From assembly GCA_001595785.1 (NCBI GenBank), contig LSSJ01000002.1, forward strand, positions 22,224-86,223: 64,000 nucleotides of DNA, in the 5' to 3' direction. The DNA is from Euryarchaeota archaeon SM23-78. GTDB lineage: Archaea > Nanobdellota > Nanobdellia > Woesearchaeales > SM23-78. The position numbers were made by a program, and so were the translations under genes. Each line of letters opens with the position of its first letter. The stretch's first letter is position 1. Below the pieces are notes generated by a model. The model was not told the origin of the DNA, did no database searches, and saw only the letters and a program-made list of their open reading frames with translations. Below are positions 49,062-59,600 of the stretch, piece by piece.

Positions 49062-51042
49062 CAATTATCAAAAATCAAATTTTTATATAATTTTAATTTT
49101 TATATTTATTTTAATATTAAATATAATTTTTGCATCCACTTTAGTTCTAAGTCTGCCTCCCTTACCAACAGAATTTTATGGAAAAGTAAGAGATTATAAT
49201 TATAATGGTTCTGTGGGTGAAGTTATTCGAGCTTATGATAGCTCTGGACTTCTGTGTGGCTCTTTTACAATTGTGAATGAAGGTTATTATGGTTCCCTTA
49301 CATGCAGAGGTGATGATCCTGAAACTGTTGCTGATGAAGGCGCTACTGCAGGTGAAAACATTATTTTCAGATACAAAGGTAGTTTTACAACTTTAAGAGG
49401 TAATAATACCTGGGGGTATGGTGTTTTTCAATATGTAAATATTACCTATCCTGTTGTTTACTGCGGTGATTACTTCTGTGATGCATGGTATGAGGACTAT
49501 TATAGTTGCCCTCAGGATTGCCCTTTTTATAATGGTAGTATAAATTATACTTTTAATTATACTAATGTAACCCCTGGCGGTGGGGCTGGTGAAGGAGGAG
49601 CAGGAGGAAGACAAGAAGGTGGAGGGCTTCTTGGTTTTATTCCTCAGTTCTATTTTAATTATACAGGATTAAATGAAACCGAGATTGGTTTGGGATTTAT
49701 ATGTAAAGAGGAGTGGGAGTGTGGTAACTGGTCTATATGTAGAATTGATGGTTTTCAAAACAGAACATGTATAGATAAGAATAACTGCGGTACTTTTGAG
49801 GACAAACCTCCTGAGGTCCAGAAGTGTATATACACCCCTACTTGTTTTGATGGTGTTAAGAATGGCTTAGAAGAAGGAATAGATTGTGGAGGTCTATGTG
49901 CCCCTTGTATTACTTGTTTTGACAGCATTCAGAACTGCCATGATGGAGCATGCGAAGAAGGAATTGATTGTGGAGGTCCCTGCCCTCCTTGTCCAACGTG
50001 TTTTGATGGTAAACAGAACTGTCATGACGGTAGTTGTGAGGAAGGAATAGATTGTGGAGGCCCTTGTGAGAGAAAATGTCTTGGAATCCAGATACCGATT
50101 CCAGGTTTTGAGTGTAAAAAGGATTTTAATCCTTTGTCTAATCAGAGTATTTTCTTTTTTATTATTATTCTTATCATAATTTTGATTAACATTTATTATT
50201 CATTAAAAAAGATTAAAGATATTGAAAAGAAGAAGAAACTGAGTGATATTCATAGAGCCAAAGCCATACTGTCTGTTAGGAGAAGAATGTATTTGTTTAT
50301 ATTCATAACCTTGCTAATCTCTTTGATATTATACTTGTATTATTATTTCTTTATAATGTGTGAAGTAGAATACCGTTTTTTATGGCTTCTTTTAATACTA
50401 TTATTTATTAGCCCGTTAATTATTCATGAATTAATTAGATTTCTTGAGTTTACTGAGAAAAAGAGATTAAAAAAGCTCGAGGAAGTATTAAATACTCATT
50501 ATAAACAGATAGAGAATCTTATTAGATTAGAGAACGAAAACTTAATAGAATTAGAAGAAGAACTTGCTGATGAACTGTACAGACTTTTAGAAAAACCAGA
50601 GTATAAAGCCAAAGAGAACTCTGAGGAGATGAAGCTTTTGAAAGATGTTTATAAAGAACTTGTGTTTTTGTATTCTAGGTATAAAGAAAGAGAAAATCCT
50701 ATAGAAAAGGAAAAAATCTTATGCGATGATATCTATAAACTTTTAGAAGATAAAAGATATGCTGAACTTGTTCAAAAGGATATCCGGCTTACACGTATTA
50801 TTTCTAAATTGAAACTTCTTTACAAGCAATACGAGGAAAAGCAAAAATTATATGATGAGATGGGTAAGATTGAGGAGTCAAAAGATGAGTTAGAACATGA
50901 GCTAAAAGAAGATAAAGAAAAAGAAGATTCAGACAAAGAAAAAGAAGATTCAAAAGATAAAGATGATAAGGGAGAGACTGAGGAAGTCGAAGAGGACTCT
51001 AATAAAGATAAAGAAGAGGTTAAAGAAGAGGTTGAGGAATAG
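49027..51042 (+). CDS. Membrane protein with three tandem cysteine-rich repeats (C.DG..N/E...EEGIDCGG.C), TM, and long acidic coiled-coil cytoplasmic tail
   Basis: CFDGVKNGLEEGIDCGGLCAPC / CHDGACEEGIDCGGPCPPCPTC / CHDGSCEEGIDCGGPCERKC. TM FFFIIILIIILINIYY. KE/D-rich C-terminus. Start is uncertain; the track ORF opens at 48949 and overlaps the previous gene by 113 nt. Confidence 0.55.
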   Translation: MQQLARCGLLISNYQKSNFYIILIFIFILILNIIFASTLVLSLPPLPTEFYGKVRDYNYNGSVGEVIRAYDSSGLLCGSFTIVNEGYYGSLTCRGDDPETVADEGATAGENIIFRYKGSFTTLRGNNTWGYGVFQYVNITYPVVYCGDYFCDAWYEDYYSCPQDCPFYNGSINYTFNYTNVTPGGGAGEGGAGGRQEGGGLLGFIPQFYFNYTGLNETEIGLGFICKEEWECGNWSICRIDGFQNRTCIDKNNCGTFEDKPPEVQKCIYTPTCFDGVKNGLEEGIDCGGLCAPCITCFDSIQNCHDGACEEGIDCGGPCPPCPTCFDGKQNCHDGSCEEGIDCGGPCERKCLGIQIPIPGFECKKDFNPLSNQSIFFFIIILIIILINIYYSLKKIKDIEKKKKLSDIHRAKAILSVRRRMYLFIFITLLISLILYLYYYFFIMCEVEYRFLWLLLILLFISPLIIHELIRFLEFTEKKRLKKLEEVLNTHYKQIENLIRLENENLIELEEELADELYRLLEKPEYKAKENSEEMKLLKDVYKELVFLYSRYKERENPIEKEKILCDDIYKLLEDKRYAELVQKDIRLTRIISKLKLLYKQYEEKQKLYDEMGKIEESKDELEHELKEDKEKEDSDKEKEDSKDKDDKGETEEVEEDSNKDKEEVKEEVEE

Positions 51043-51044
51043 GT

Positions 51045-51977
51045 CTATGGCACTTCTGCTGCAAACACCACAGTCCCATTGCATATGCCAAAGGGATTGG
51101 TTGTTACGTTTACGTGAAGCCCCCAATATGTAGAATTGATTTCTTGCTGAGTGTCATCTGTTTGCTGGGGAATTGTAAGACCATCAAGATAATCAGGGGC
51201 TCCTGTTATTGGGGTCATTGTAGCATACGGTGTTGCTGAACTCAAATCCCACCTTTCATTAGATATGCTGATATTTCTAATTGCACAAATCATTGCTAAA
51301 CCAGCTCCTGTTATGGAATCATTTCCTCCAAAACCAAAAACAGATACATTGATATCCATGTTCCCAAAGTTGGTAATATTAGCTTCTACAGCTGTTGTTG
51401 TGGTATCATCTACTGCCATGTTTCCAAAATCTATGACGCTTGTAACATTAAGAGCATATAATATATCTATGCTAGAATTACCATAATCATTATCTGTATT
51501 ATTGTCACTGTCTTTTACTGTTACGTTTATTTCCCAAGTACCGTTATTTGCATAATACAAAACATCAAATGCGCATGTCCAGTTAGCATAATACCCATTA
51601 GCATTATCTTCTGAGCAGCTAGTGTTGGTGTAGTGAGTGTTATTATCATCTGGATCACTTGATTCGTTTAGATAGTAATAAAAGGTGCCATTAGTGGTAT
51701 TAATCGTGCTTCCACCATCATAATCACGGATTTCAACTAGACATACCACTGTTCTAGTGGATCCTGCATTAAGAGTAATGGTTGTGTCATTATTACAAGT
51801 TACATTAAGAATTTCTGGATAAGCACCACTCACATTAACTGTTGTACGCACACTTACATTCTCATAATTACCGCTAGGACCCCAGCTAAGAACTGATGGA
51901 ACCAGGTTGTAGAGATATAATAATGATAGAATGAGTACTACTATTATTACAGGTAACGACTTATTTTTAGTCCACAT
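51045..51977 (-). CDS. Secreted sequon-rich protein, second family (paralog of 40609-41595)
   Basis: VLS|WGPSGNYENVSVRTTVN. C-terminus VNVTTNPFGICNGTVVFAAEVP. AGGAGA ~12 nt upstream of the ATG. Confidence 0.7.
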   Translation of the reverse strand: MWTKNKSLPVIIVVLILSLLYLYNLVPSVLSWGPSGNYENVSVRTTVNVSGAYPEILNVTCNNDTTITLNAGSTRTVVCLVEIRDYDGGSTINTTNGTFYYYLNESSDPDDNNTHYTNTSCSEDNANGYYANWTCAFDVLYYANNGTWEINVTVKDSDNNTDNDYGNSSIDILYALNVTSVIDFGNMAVDDTTTTAVEANITNFGNMDINVSVFGFGGNDSITGAGLAMICAIRNISISNERWDLSSATPYATMTPITGAPDYLDGLTIPQQTDDTQQEINSTYWGLHVNVTTNPFGICNGTVVFAAEVP

Positions 51978-52077
51978 AGTGGCTAGTCTCCTATTTTTTA
52001 CTCTCTACTCTACTACACCAATTAATACACTTGCAAGCATATTAGTATAGCTTTATGTATATCTGTAGCATAACAAG

Positions 52078-52092
52078 TATATAAATGTTTCG
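52078..52092 (-). promoter_or_regulatory. Conserved BRE/TATA-like promoter motif for 51045-51977, 3 nt after the stop of 52096-54879
   Basis: tatataaatgtttcgatttt. Identical 15-mer as at 40562 and 48097. Confidence 0.5.
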
Positions 52093-52095
52093 ATT

Positions 52096-54879
52096 TTAAG
52101 AAGGCTTCTTAGTTTCAACTATTTTATCATAAAGCGTATTCATCTCAAAATTAACCTTTAACCTATGCTTAAGATTAAGCTTTGCATGAGAGTAATGAGA
52201 AAGGGCTTGAGAATAATTTTTATAAGCATTATCAATATCACTATGCTCTAATCCCTCATAAGCTTTCTGGATAAAGCCAAGAAGAATATCTAAATCTGAT
52301 TTTGAAACAGAAACTATTGTTCTTACTTCAGACACATTATCAGATCTTTTAACAGGAACTTTTAATTTTCTCAATGATTGTTGTTCTTGCATATCAATGT
52401 TTTCTATTATCTCTCTCTCATACACACTCTGTGTTTTCAAGAAAACAAAGTAATAGATTATGAGAGCTATTACTATGATAATCCCAATAGGAACCAGAAC
52501 CATCTTTGTTAAAGAGAACCCCTGTTTTTGCTTAGCAACAGCTTCTCCAGTAATCTGGCTTGAAGCATTTAATTTCTCTTCTGACAAAACATTAAGGAAT
52601 TCATCAATATCATAGAGCAGGATTGTTCTTATCATCTGTAGCTGGTTAAGGTCTTTTTCACTTAGAGTAGTGTATCTTACCTCAGAATTCTCTAGCTCTC
52701 TTAACAACCAAAGAACCCCTATTGTATTAAGCTCACTAGGAGTAGTTGTAAATATTATTTCTGATATCTTTATAACGTCTTTTGGAATAAACTCTTGGAT
52801 AAGTATTCCTCTGAGTTCTTGAGGAGCTAACAGAATTTCTTTTATCAAGGTTATCTTTTCACTTTCTTTATACTCATACTCTATCTCATAGCTTATTAGG
52901 TCTTGAAGTATTCTAACTTGTTCTTGCAAGTTTCTTGTTCTAGTATAGTATTCTCCTCTTTGCTCTTGAGTTAAGACTTTGTTTTTAAGATACTCCTCTA
53001 CTGCTTTTTGTACAAGGCCTTCATCAACAATTTGCTCTGTTTGTACCTTGCTTTTTATCTTAACCTCTTTTATTACGTCCTTCTGATACTCTGCTATTTT
53101 TTTACTTATCACAGCTATTTTTGTGTTCAGCTCGTCTTTGGTTAACTTGGTTTCACGATAGGTTTTTAGCTCTCCAACAAGGGTTTGTATCTTATTCTTG
53201 ATCTCTTTTTGCTTGCTTACTAGTTCTTGCTCATTGATGATTTGTAAGAGGTCCTGGTCTGTTGTTTCTTCCAGTTCTGTGATTTTTACTTCCAGGTTCT
53301 GAACCATCTTCTCAATATGAGCTATGTTGGTGTTTATTATTGCTAGAAGTTCAGGGTCTTGTTTAAATCCTGGCGAGGCATTCTGATATTCTGTCATTAT
53401 AAACTCTTCTTCTGAGAGTGGGCCTTGGTTTCCTGCTTGGTCTACTGCGCTTATCCTGTAGAAGTAGCCTATCTTATTGGTTACATCTGCATCTAGGTAA
53501 TATGTTTCTTGGGTTGTGGTCTTTAGATCTGATTTGTCTGTGTTTCCTGTGACTGACCTGTAAATCTTAAAATGGTCTGTTTCCTCTCCCTCATAATCCC
53601 ATGAGATTTTTATTTTGTTATTTTCATTGAGCAATCGGATATATTTAGGTGCTCTAGGAGGAGTTGTATCTAGCAAGGCTAATTTCCCGCTGGTTATCTC
53701 TGTGCCTGTTGTTCCTTTTGTATCCTTACCAGTGTATAAGAACTCGCCTACCTCTTCTCCTATATTTTCAGGTATTATTAAGTATCCTTCCCAGTTTTCT
53801 GAGCTTCCTTCAAGGGGTACATTTATGATTTTATTTCTGTATTTTAGTTTAAGATCAGGGGTTGGGCTTAAGGGTTCTGAGGTTGTTAGACTTACTTCAT
53901 ACGTTCCTTTCCTGAGTGCTTTGTAGGAATTATTTTTATGCACACTTATTGATGCTGTTGGAGGGAGATTTAGTTCTAGGTTTAAGGTTATTGTGGGGTT
54001 TTTGTTTTCTAGCTGGTCTTTACAACTCAGATAATATGCGTTTATTCCTTCTATTAGGCTGAGGGGTTGTTCGTGTAAGGTGCCTCCTGTGGTCTGGAAC
54101 TGATTATCCAGATAATTATATTCTTCGTTGGTTTTACCCCATTTGCATATGGCTATTTCATTGGTATTAAATCTTAGGGTTATTTGTGCTTGGGTTACTG
54201 TGCCTGTTGGTTGTACTTTTGATATTTTGGGCGGAGTTGTATCTACTTTAAAGCTTATATTCTGGCTTTGCCCTACGTTGTTTTCAGGGTCTTTACATTT
54301 TACATAAAAGAAATATTCTGCATCTCCAAAGCTTCTTAAAGCTGTATGAATGGTTCCTTTTCCAGTGAATATAAACTTCATAGAGTCATGGCTCACATCT
54401 GCTTCATCATATTTACAAGTTGAATTTTCATTGGTTATTGCTTTGAGTTCTATTAGATTGTAGTTCAGGATTCCTTGTGGTCGGGTTTCTATTATTTTGG
54501 GGGGTATTGTATCCTGCACTAGGAAGGTGTTTGTGTAGTTCTTTGTTTCATTCAAAAGGTCCTTTGCATATATTTTGTAGATATTTGTTCCTTTGTGAGC
54601 TGGTATCCAGGAATATTTGTAGTATAAATCTTCTTTTTCTAGGGTGTGGTTATTTTCATCAAATTCTATGAGGGTTTGGGTTATGGTTGTGCTGCTTGTT
54701 ATGCTAAGTATTATTGTTTGGATGTTGCTATATTCTAAGGGGTCTGTCTGACTTATTAGTTGGATTTGTGGTAGTGAACTGGTTAAAGGTATTACTAATA
54801 TTAAAATGAAAAAGCTTAGCATTAAAACAAGGTTAGCTTGTTTTTGCTCTTTTTTGTTTGTTTTTGTGTTTTTATTCAT
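52096..54879 (-). CDS. Large surface protein with FN3/Ig-like ectodomain, C-proximal TM and cytoplasmic tail
   Basis: Signal peptide LVLMLSFFILILVIPLTSS. Beta-rich ectodomain with FN3-like segment (KISWDYEGEETDHFKIYRS...YFYRISAVDQAGN). TM VLVPIGIIIVIALIIYYFVFL. Confidence 0.65.
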   Translation of the reverse strand: MNKNTKTNKKEQKQANLVLMLSFFILILVIPLTSSLPQIQLISQTDPLEYSNIQTIILSITSSTTITQTLIEFDENNHTLEKEDLYYKYSWIPAHKGTNIYKIYAKDLLNETKNYTNTFLVQDTIPPKIIETRPQGILNYNLIELKAITNENSTCKYDEADVSHDSMKFIFTGKGTIHTALRSFGDAEYFFYVKCKDPENNVGQSQNISFKVDTTPPKISKVQPTGTVTQAQITLRFNTNEIAICKWGKTNEEYNYLDNQFQTTGGTLHEQPLSLIEGINAYYLSCKDQLENKNPTITLNLELNLPPTASISVHKNNSYKALRKGTYEVSLTTSEPLSPTPDLKLKYRNKIINVPLEGSSENWEGYLIIPENIGEEVGEFLYTGKDTKGTTGTEITSGKLALLDTTPPRAPKYIRLLNENNKIKISWDYEGEETDHFKIYRSVTGNTDKSDLKTTTQETYYLDADVTNKIGYFYRISAVDQAGNQGPLSEEEFIMTEYQNASPGFKQDPELLAIINTNIAHIEKMVQNLEVKITELEETTDQDLLQIINEQELVSKQKEIKNKIQTLVGELKTYRETKLTKDELNTKIAVISKKIAEYQKDVIKEVKIKSKVQTEQIVDEGLVQKAVEEYLKNKVLTQEQRGEYYTRTRNLQEQVRILQDLISYEIEYEYKESEKITLIKEILLAPQELRGILIQEFIPKDVIKISEIIFTTTPSELNTIGVLWLLRELENSEVRYTTLSEKDLNQLQMIRTILLYDIDEFLNVLSEEKLNASSQITGEAVAKQKQGFSLTKMVLVPIGIIIVIALIIYYFVFLKTQSVYEREIIENIDMQEQQSLRKLKVPVKRSDNVSEVRTIVSVSKSDLDILLGFIQKAYEGLEHSDIDNAYKNYSQALSHYSHAKLNLKHRLKVNFEMNTLYDKIVETKKPS

Positions 54880-54943
54880 TTTGTTATCTATTAAAGTTGT
54901 AGCGTTCTGAGGGTTTTATGTCTAGCTTCATTGATTAAGGTAA

Positions 54944-55099
54944 TTATGGTTTAATCTTAGCTAGAACTCCTTTGTCTTTCTCTATTTCTTTCTCTATTGC
55001 TTTTGCGAGGTACTCGTTCAGAGTTTTGCCCTTCAGAACGCTTATTATTTTGGCCTTTGCATGTAATTCCTTGTCTATTTTTATGTTAACTGCTTTCAT
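54944..55099 (-). CDS. Ribbon-helix-helix (CopG/Arc-like) mini-regulator (51 aa) upstream of 52096-54879
   Basis: MKAVNIKIDKELHAKAKIISVLKGKTLNEYLAKAIEKEIEKDKGVLAKIKP has a beta-strand then helix-helix RHH pattern. Absent from the track (<60 aa). Confidence 0.45.
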   Translation of the reverse strand: MKAVNIKIDKELHAKAKIISVLKGKTLNEYLAKAIEKEIEKDKGVLAKIKP

Positions 55100-55334
55100 T
55101 CATTTACCTCACAGGTTTGTTTAGTAGCTTTCTGGCTACTTCTTTAGCTCTGAATCGCAAAGTTTAAATATTTTTCTATCTAAATATATAAATATTATAA
55201 TATATAACTTATTAAAATAAGTTTAGTAATTTTAATAAGTTCAATAAGTTCATCTGGGTTTAGGGATTCAGAAAGATTTATATAGGGCTGAATTAGAGGA
55301 TATAAAAAGGAAAATTAGGGATATATCCACAAAA

Positions 55335-56594
55335 ATGACTAGGTGGGTGGTTTTGCACCAAAATAGCAACAAAAAAGGATTCTGTATATTACTCATCTTA
55401 GGGTTAAGTGCTTTTTTAATCCTAAATTCCTTAATGGTAGAGGGTGCTGTAATAGGAGCAAACAAAGGAGTTATTGGATATAAAAATGTATTAAAGAATG
55501 GTTATGCCCAGGAACTGGTGACCCTAACCACTGACACTGATTTCAATCTTAGTGTTACCTATACCATTGACGGCGAGATTACTGAATGGATAAGATTAGA
55601 GCCGTCTAAACAGCCATTTTTCATCAGTAAAGACATGCCTGCTGTTATAGCTATTATTGTTGAGCCTCCAGAAGATGCAAAGAATGAGCATTACACAGGC
55701 GCTGTAAGGTTTCTCACAGGAGCTCTTGCAGGTCCTCAAGGTCAGTTTGGAACTACTGTAAGGGCTGCTATTAATATTCGGCTAGGCGTTGATATTACTG
55801 GTCAGGAAATTGTTAGTTGCAGTGTTGGTGGTTTTAATCTTAATGATGTAGAAGAGGGTTATCCTTTGGAATTCTATGCTGTTGTTAATAACAGGGGTAA
55901 TGTGCGTATCAAACCAGAGTTCATTCTTGAGTTTTGGAATCAAGATCAATCTGAACTGGTTGAAACCTTCACCTTTACAATTAATGAAAGCATCCTGCCC
56001 ACTGTGCAGAAAAGGATATTCCAATCCCTAAAACACAACCTTGACATAGGTCAGTACTGGGTTAGGATAAAAACTCCTTTGTGTGGAACTGCTGGTTCTG
56101 GATTTATCACCACGAGCGTGATTGAGCGGGGAGGTGTGAGTGATAAAGGAGAGCTTATCAGAATCGATAACAAGCCATGGGTAAAGGTAGGTGATATTGT
56201 TCCTATTGATGCTGTCTTTAAGAACCTTGGCTCCAGAGTTGTGAGTGCAAAGTTCAAAGGCACAATCGCCTCTGGGGATGAGATTTTTAAGATTATTGAC
56301 ACTGATGCCCTTGATGTTCTCCCCGGTGAAACAATAAAGCTAAGAACCTATTTCAATCCTGTACAAGAAGGCCAGTACATGATTACAGGTAGGGTTCTGT
56401 ACAATAAAAAGCTGACTTTTGAAAAGAGTTCTGTGCTTAATGTTAATCCAACTGGTGAGCCACCTCTGGCTAAAGAAGGGTTTAACTGGAGCATCCTCTT
56501 AATTATTCTAATTATTATAATCATAATCCTTGTTGTCCTGGTTTTGAGAAGAAAACACTTGATGAAAAAAAGACCAAGGCATAGGCATAGATAG
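55335..56594 (+). CDS. Surface protein with signal peptide and C-terminal TM anchor plus basic tail
   Basis: KKGFCILLILGLSAFLILNS signal. C-terminus SILLIILIIIIIILVVLVLRRKHLMKKRPRHRHR. Confidence 0.55.
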   Translation: MTRWVVLHQNSNKKGFCILLILGLSAFLILNSLMVEGAVIGANKGVIGYKNVLKNGYAQELVTLTTDTDFNLSVTYTIDGEITEWIRLEPSKQPFFISKDMPAVIAIIVEPPEDAKNEHYTGAVRFLTGALAGPQGQFGTTVRAAINIRLGVDITGQEIVSCSVGGFNLNDVEEGYPLEFYAVVNNRGNVRIKPEFILEFWNQDQSELVETFTFTINESILPTVQKRIFQSLKHNLDIGQYWVRIKTPLCGTAGSGFITTSVIERGGVSDKGELIRIDNKPWVKVGDIVPIDAVFKNLGSRVVSAKFKGTIASGDEIFKIIDTDALDVLPGETIKLRTYFNPVQEGQYMITGRVLYNKKLTFEKSSVLNVNPTGEPPLAKEGFNWSILLIILIIIIIILVVLVLRRKHLMKKRPRHRHR

Positions 56595-56637
56595 TTGCCA
56601 GGAATATAGTTACTAGAAAAATTTTGGAGTGGTGTAG

Positions 56638-59600
56638 ATGCGCATAAGATTTTTTGTACTTAACATTTTTATAATTCTAATCATATTTCTTAGTCTAAAC
56701 CTTGTTATAAGCGACTCAGCACTTTCTTTGCCGCCTCAGCCACCCCCCCTGTCTGTTGACAAAGATATTTATCAGGTTGAAGAAACTGTTGAACTGAATA
56801 TTAATATTGACCCTTTAGAGTACCATTTATATGAGCTTCATATCTATGCGCATAATAATAGTTATACATACAAAGGAGACTTTAATCCTATAATGTTCTT
56901 CTATCCTACAGAAGAAGGTATCTACACCATTGCCCTGGTTGATTTCTCAACCAGGGCCACTTTTTATTCCCTGGATTTCAGAGTGGGTAGAGAAGAAGAA
57001 GGAGGTGTTGGTATTGATGTGCATGATCCAGTACAGTCGTTTCCAGAGCCAGCACAACAAGGCCAAGAATTTCAGGTTAAGGATGTTCCTGATAACATCC
57101 CTAACAGAATTATATCAGTCTCAACTGACAAAGATGAATACACAAGCGGAGAGAATGTACGTATATTTGTAGAAGGAACAGACGGGATTAATGGTAATGA
57201 CATAAACTTGTATCATTCGTTCAACGGAGTCTCAAAGAGGTATATGGGCGACTTAAAATATATTAACTTTATACCTCAAGGAATAGGAAGTCATGAGTTA
57301 ATCTTAGAAGATGTCCAGAATAATATTAAATACATATATAATTTTGAAGTAAAAAGAGGTATTGCAAAGAAAATTTTAAAGGCCATTAACAGCAGAGGTT
57401 ATGAGGAAGAAGTTGATTTGGAAGTCTTAGATGAAAATCAAGGTCTTGCTTCTGTTGAAATTACTCCTAGAAAAAGAATTCTTAAAAAGATAAGCCTTAA
57501 AAACTTAAAGATAGGTGAGAACCTAAGCCTTGGCATCGAGGAAATAGCACTTCAGAGAATCAGGATTAAGCAGAGAAATGTGGTAAAAGCATTTGCTCTT
57601 GACCCCAGCAAACTCGAGTTTGAGAATGGAACAGCAACAGGAGTTGCTAGCGGCAGCGAGCTCTGGAAGTGCAAGGACTGGGACTTTGATAACCAGCAGT
57701 GCCTTGGTACCTGGCAAAAAATAATGGACTTAGTTCCAGGACAGGAGTATGTAATAGATGTAAGTGCTTCAGATCCTGGATATGCAGAGACAGGAGTTGC
57801 TAGCATTAACACCAAAAAGCCGGTCTATCATCCTGGCGAAACATCAGAATTGATTATTGTAGTGCTTGACACTGCTGGTCACCTGGTTTCTGGAGCAAGT
57901 GTTAACCTGGATATTACTGCTCCTGACAATAGTGTTTATTATTTTTCAACTTCAAATACTTCAAATAATTGGAATAATAAAATTATTGAAACAGATAAAG
58001 GAGTGTATGAAGCAAGTTTTAACAATACTAATTTGGAAGGAAACTATTCCTTGGTTGTTAGGGCAATAGAAAGCAATGTTAACAGTACAATTTTCTCTTA
58101 TTTCACTGTCAAAGCTTTCTATGAATTTGATATTATCAGGGATACACCTGTCACAACTGATCCTTGGAGAGGAGCTTTTATTTCTAGTATTAGTTTAACA
58201 TCCTACTTGCCTGCTCCTGGTTTTAATTTTACAGAAGTGCTTCCAAGCAGTTTTACTATAAGCAATCATGGAGGAGCAATGAGAACTGAGAACAATGAAA
58301 AAATATATTTGACTTGGACTAATCTAAACAATAATTCTGTTGTTAGTTATTCTGCAAGACCACCTCTTGTTACTCCTGAGCTTTATGAACTAGGACCTTC
58401 ATATGTTGATTATTCATCTGGTATTTTTTATGAAGCAAGGCCTTGGTACCTGGCAGTTGACCCTACTGCTTATTATGATCCTGAATCAAATGTTCAACAA
58501 GGATGGGATGATGGAACTGGTACTGGCTATGACCAGGTTAATAATAGTGTAAGGTATCCTAACACAGTAGGCATGACTTATAATTACATATCTGCCAGGG
58601 GAAATGACGCTACTTATGCAGAATTTGGTTTTGATAATATAACACAGACCCCTAGATATATAACCCTATGGATATATGCCAACACTACTAATTGTGGTTT
58701 CTTAGCTTATCTGCAGCAAGGAGGAACAACAAGAGGCACTATTGATGTAAACCCAAGCACTAGTCTTAACTGGTTTAATTACAACTGGACTGCTCCTTCT
58801 GGAGATTATAGTGTTATGACTGTTGAGTTTTATCAGGACAGCAAAGGAGGAGGAGGCCCTGGATATTGCTATGTTTATGAGGCTTATCTTGAGGTTGCTT
58901 ATAATAATCCTCCTAATATTACTGCTCTTACTTATCCTGTAGATGGTGCTAATCTTTCCTCAGGTACCAATGTTGATTTTAACTTCACTGTTTATGACGA
59001 GGAAGACCCTGTTAAGAACTGCACTTTGTGGGGCAACTTCACTGGAACCTGGGCAGCTAACAAGACTGTTTATGATGTGGATGTTGATACTGAGAGCAAT
59101 ATCACTATTAATTTACCTGATGGAAGTTTTATCTGGAATATTAACTGTACTGACAAGTTCGGTGACTGGGATGAATATGAAACTGACTACAGAGTAAGGG
59201 TAGATACTACTTATCCAAAAATTGATTTTTCCAGTGGCACTGAGCCCAACGGCACTTATGCTAACAGGAACTGGATATATGTTAATGTGAGTGTTAATGA
59301 GAGCAATGAGAAGAATATTACTTTCAGATTATATAATGTATCTGGAGAGGTTAATATCAGTACTTATACAAATGGTAGGAGAAATATTAACTTCACCAGC
59401 CTTGACTCTAACACGAAGTACTGGTACAATGTTACTGTGTGCGACCACTTTGGCTGGTGCAACTCAACAAGTACCAGAAAGATTACTCTTGATAGCACTT
59501 ATCCTGCTATTAATTACTCCACTGGAACAGAACCAAACGGAACACACACCAACAGAAACTGGATATACATAAACATAACAGCCAACGAAACCAACGAAGC

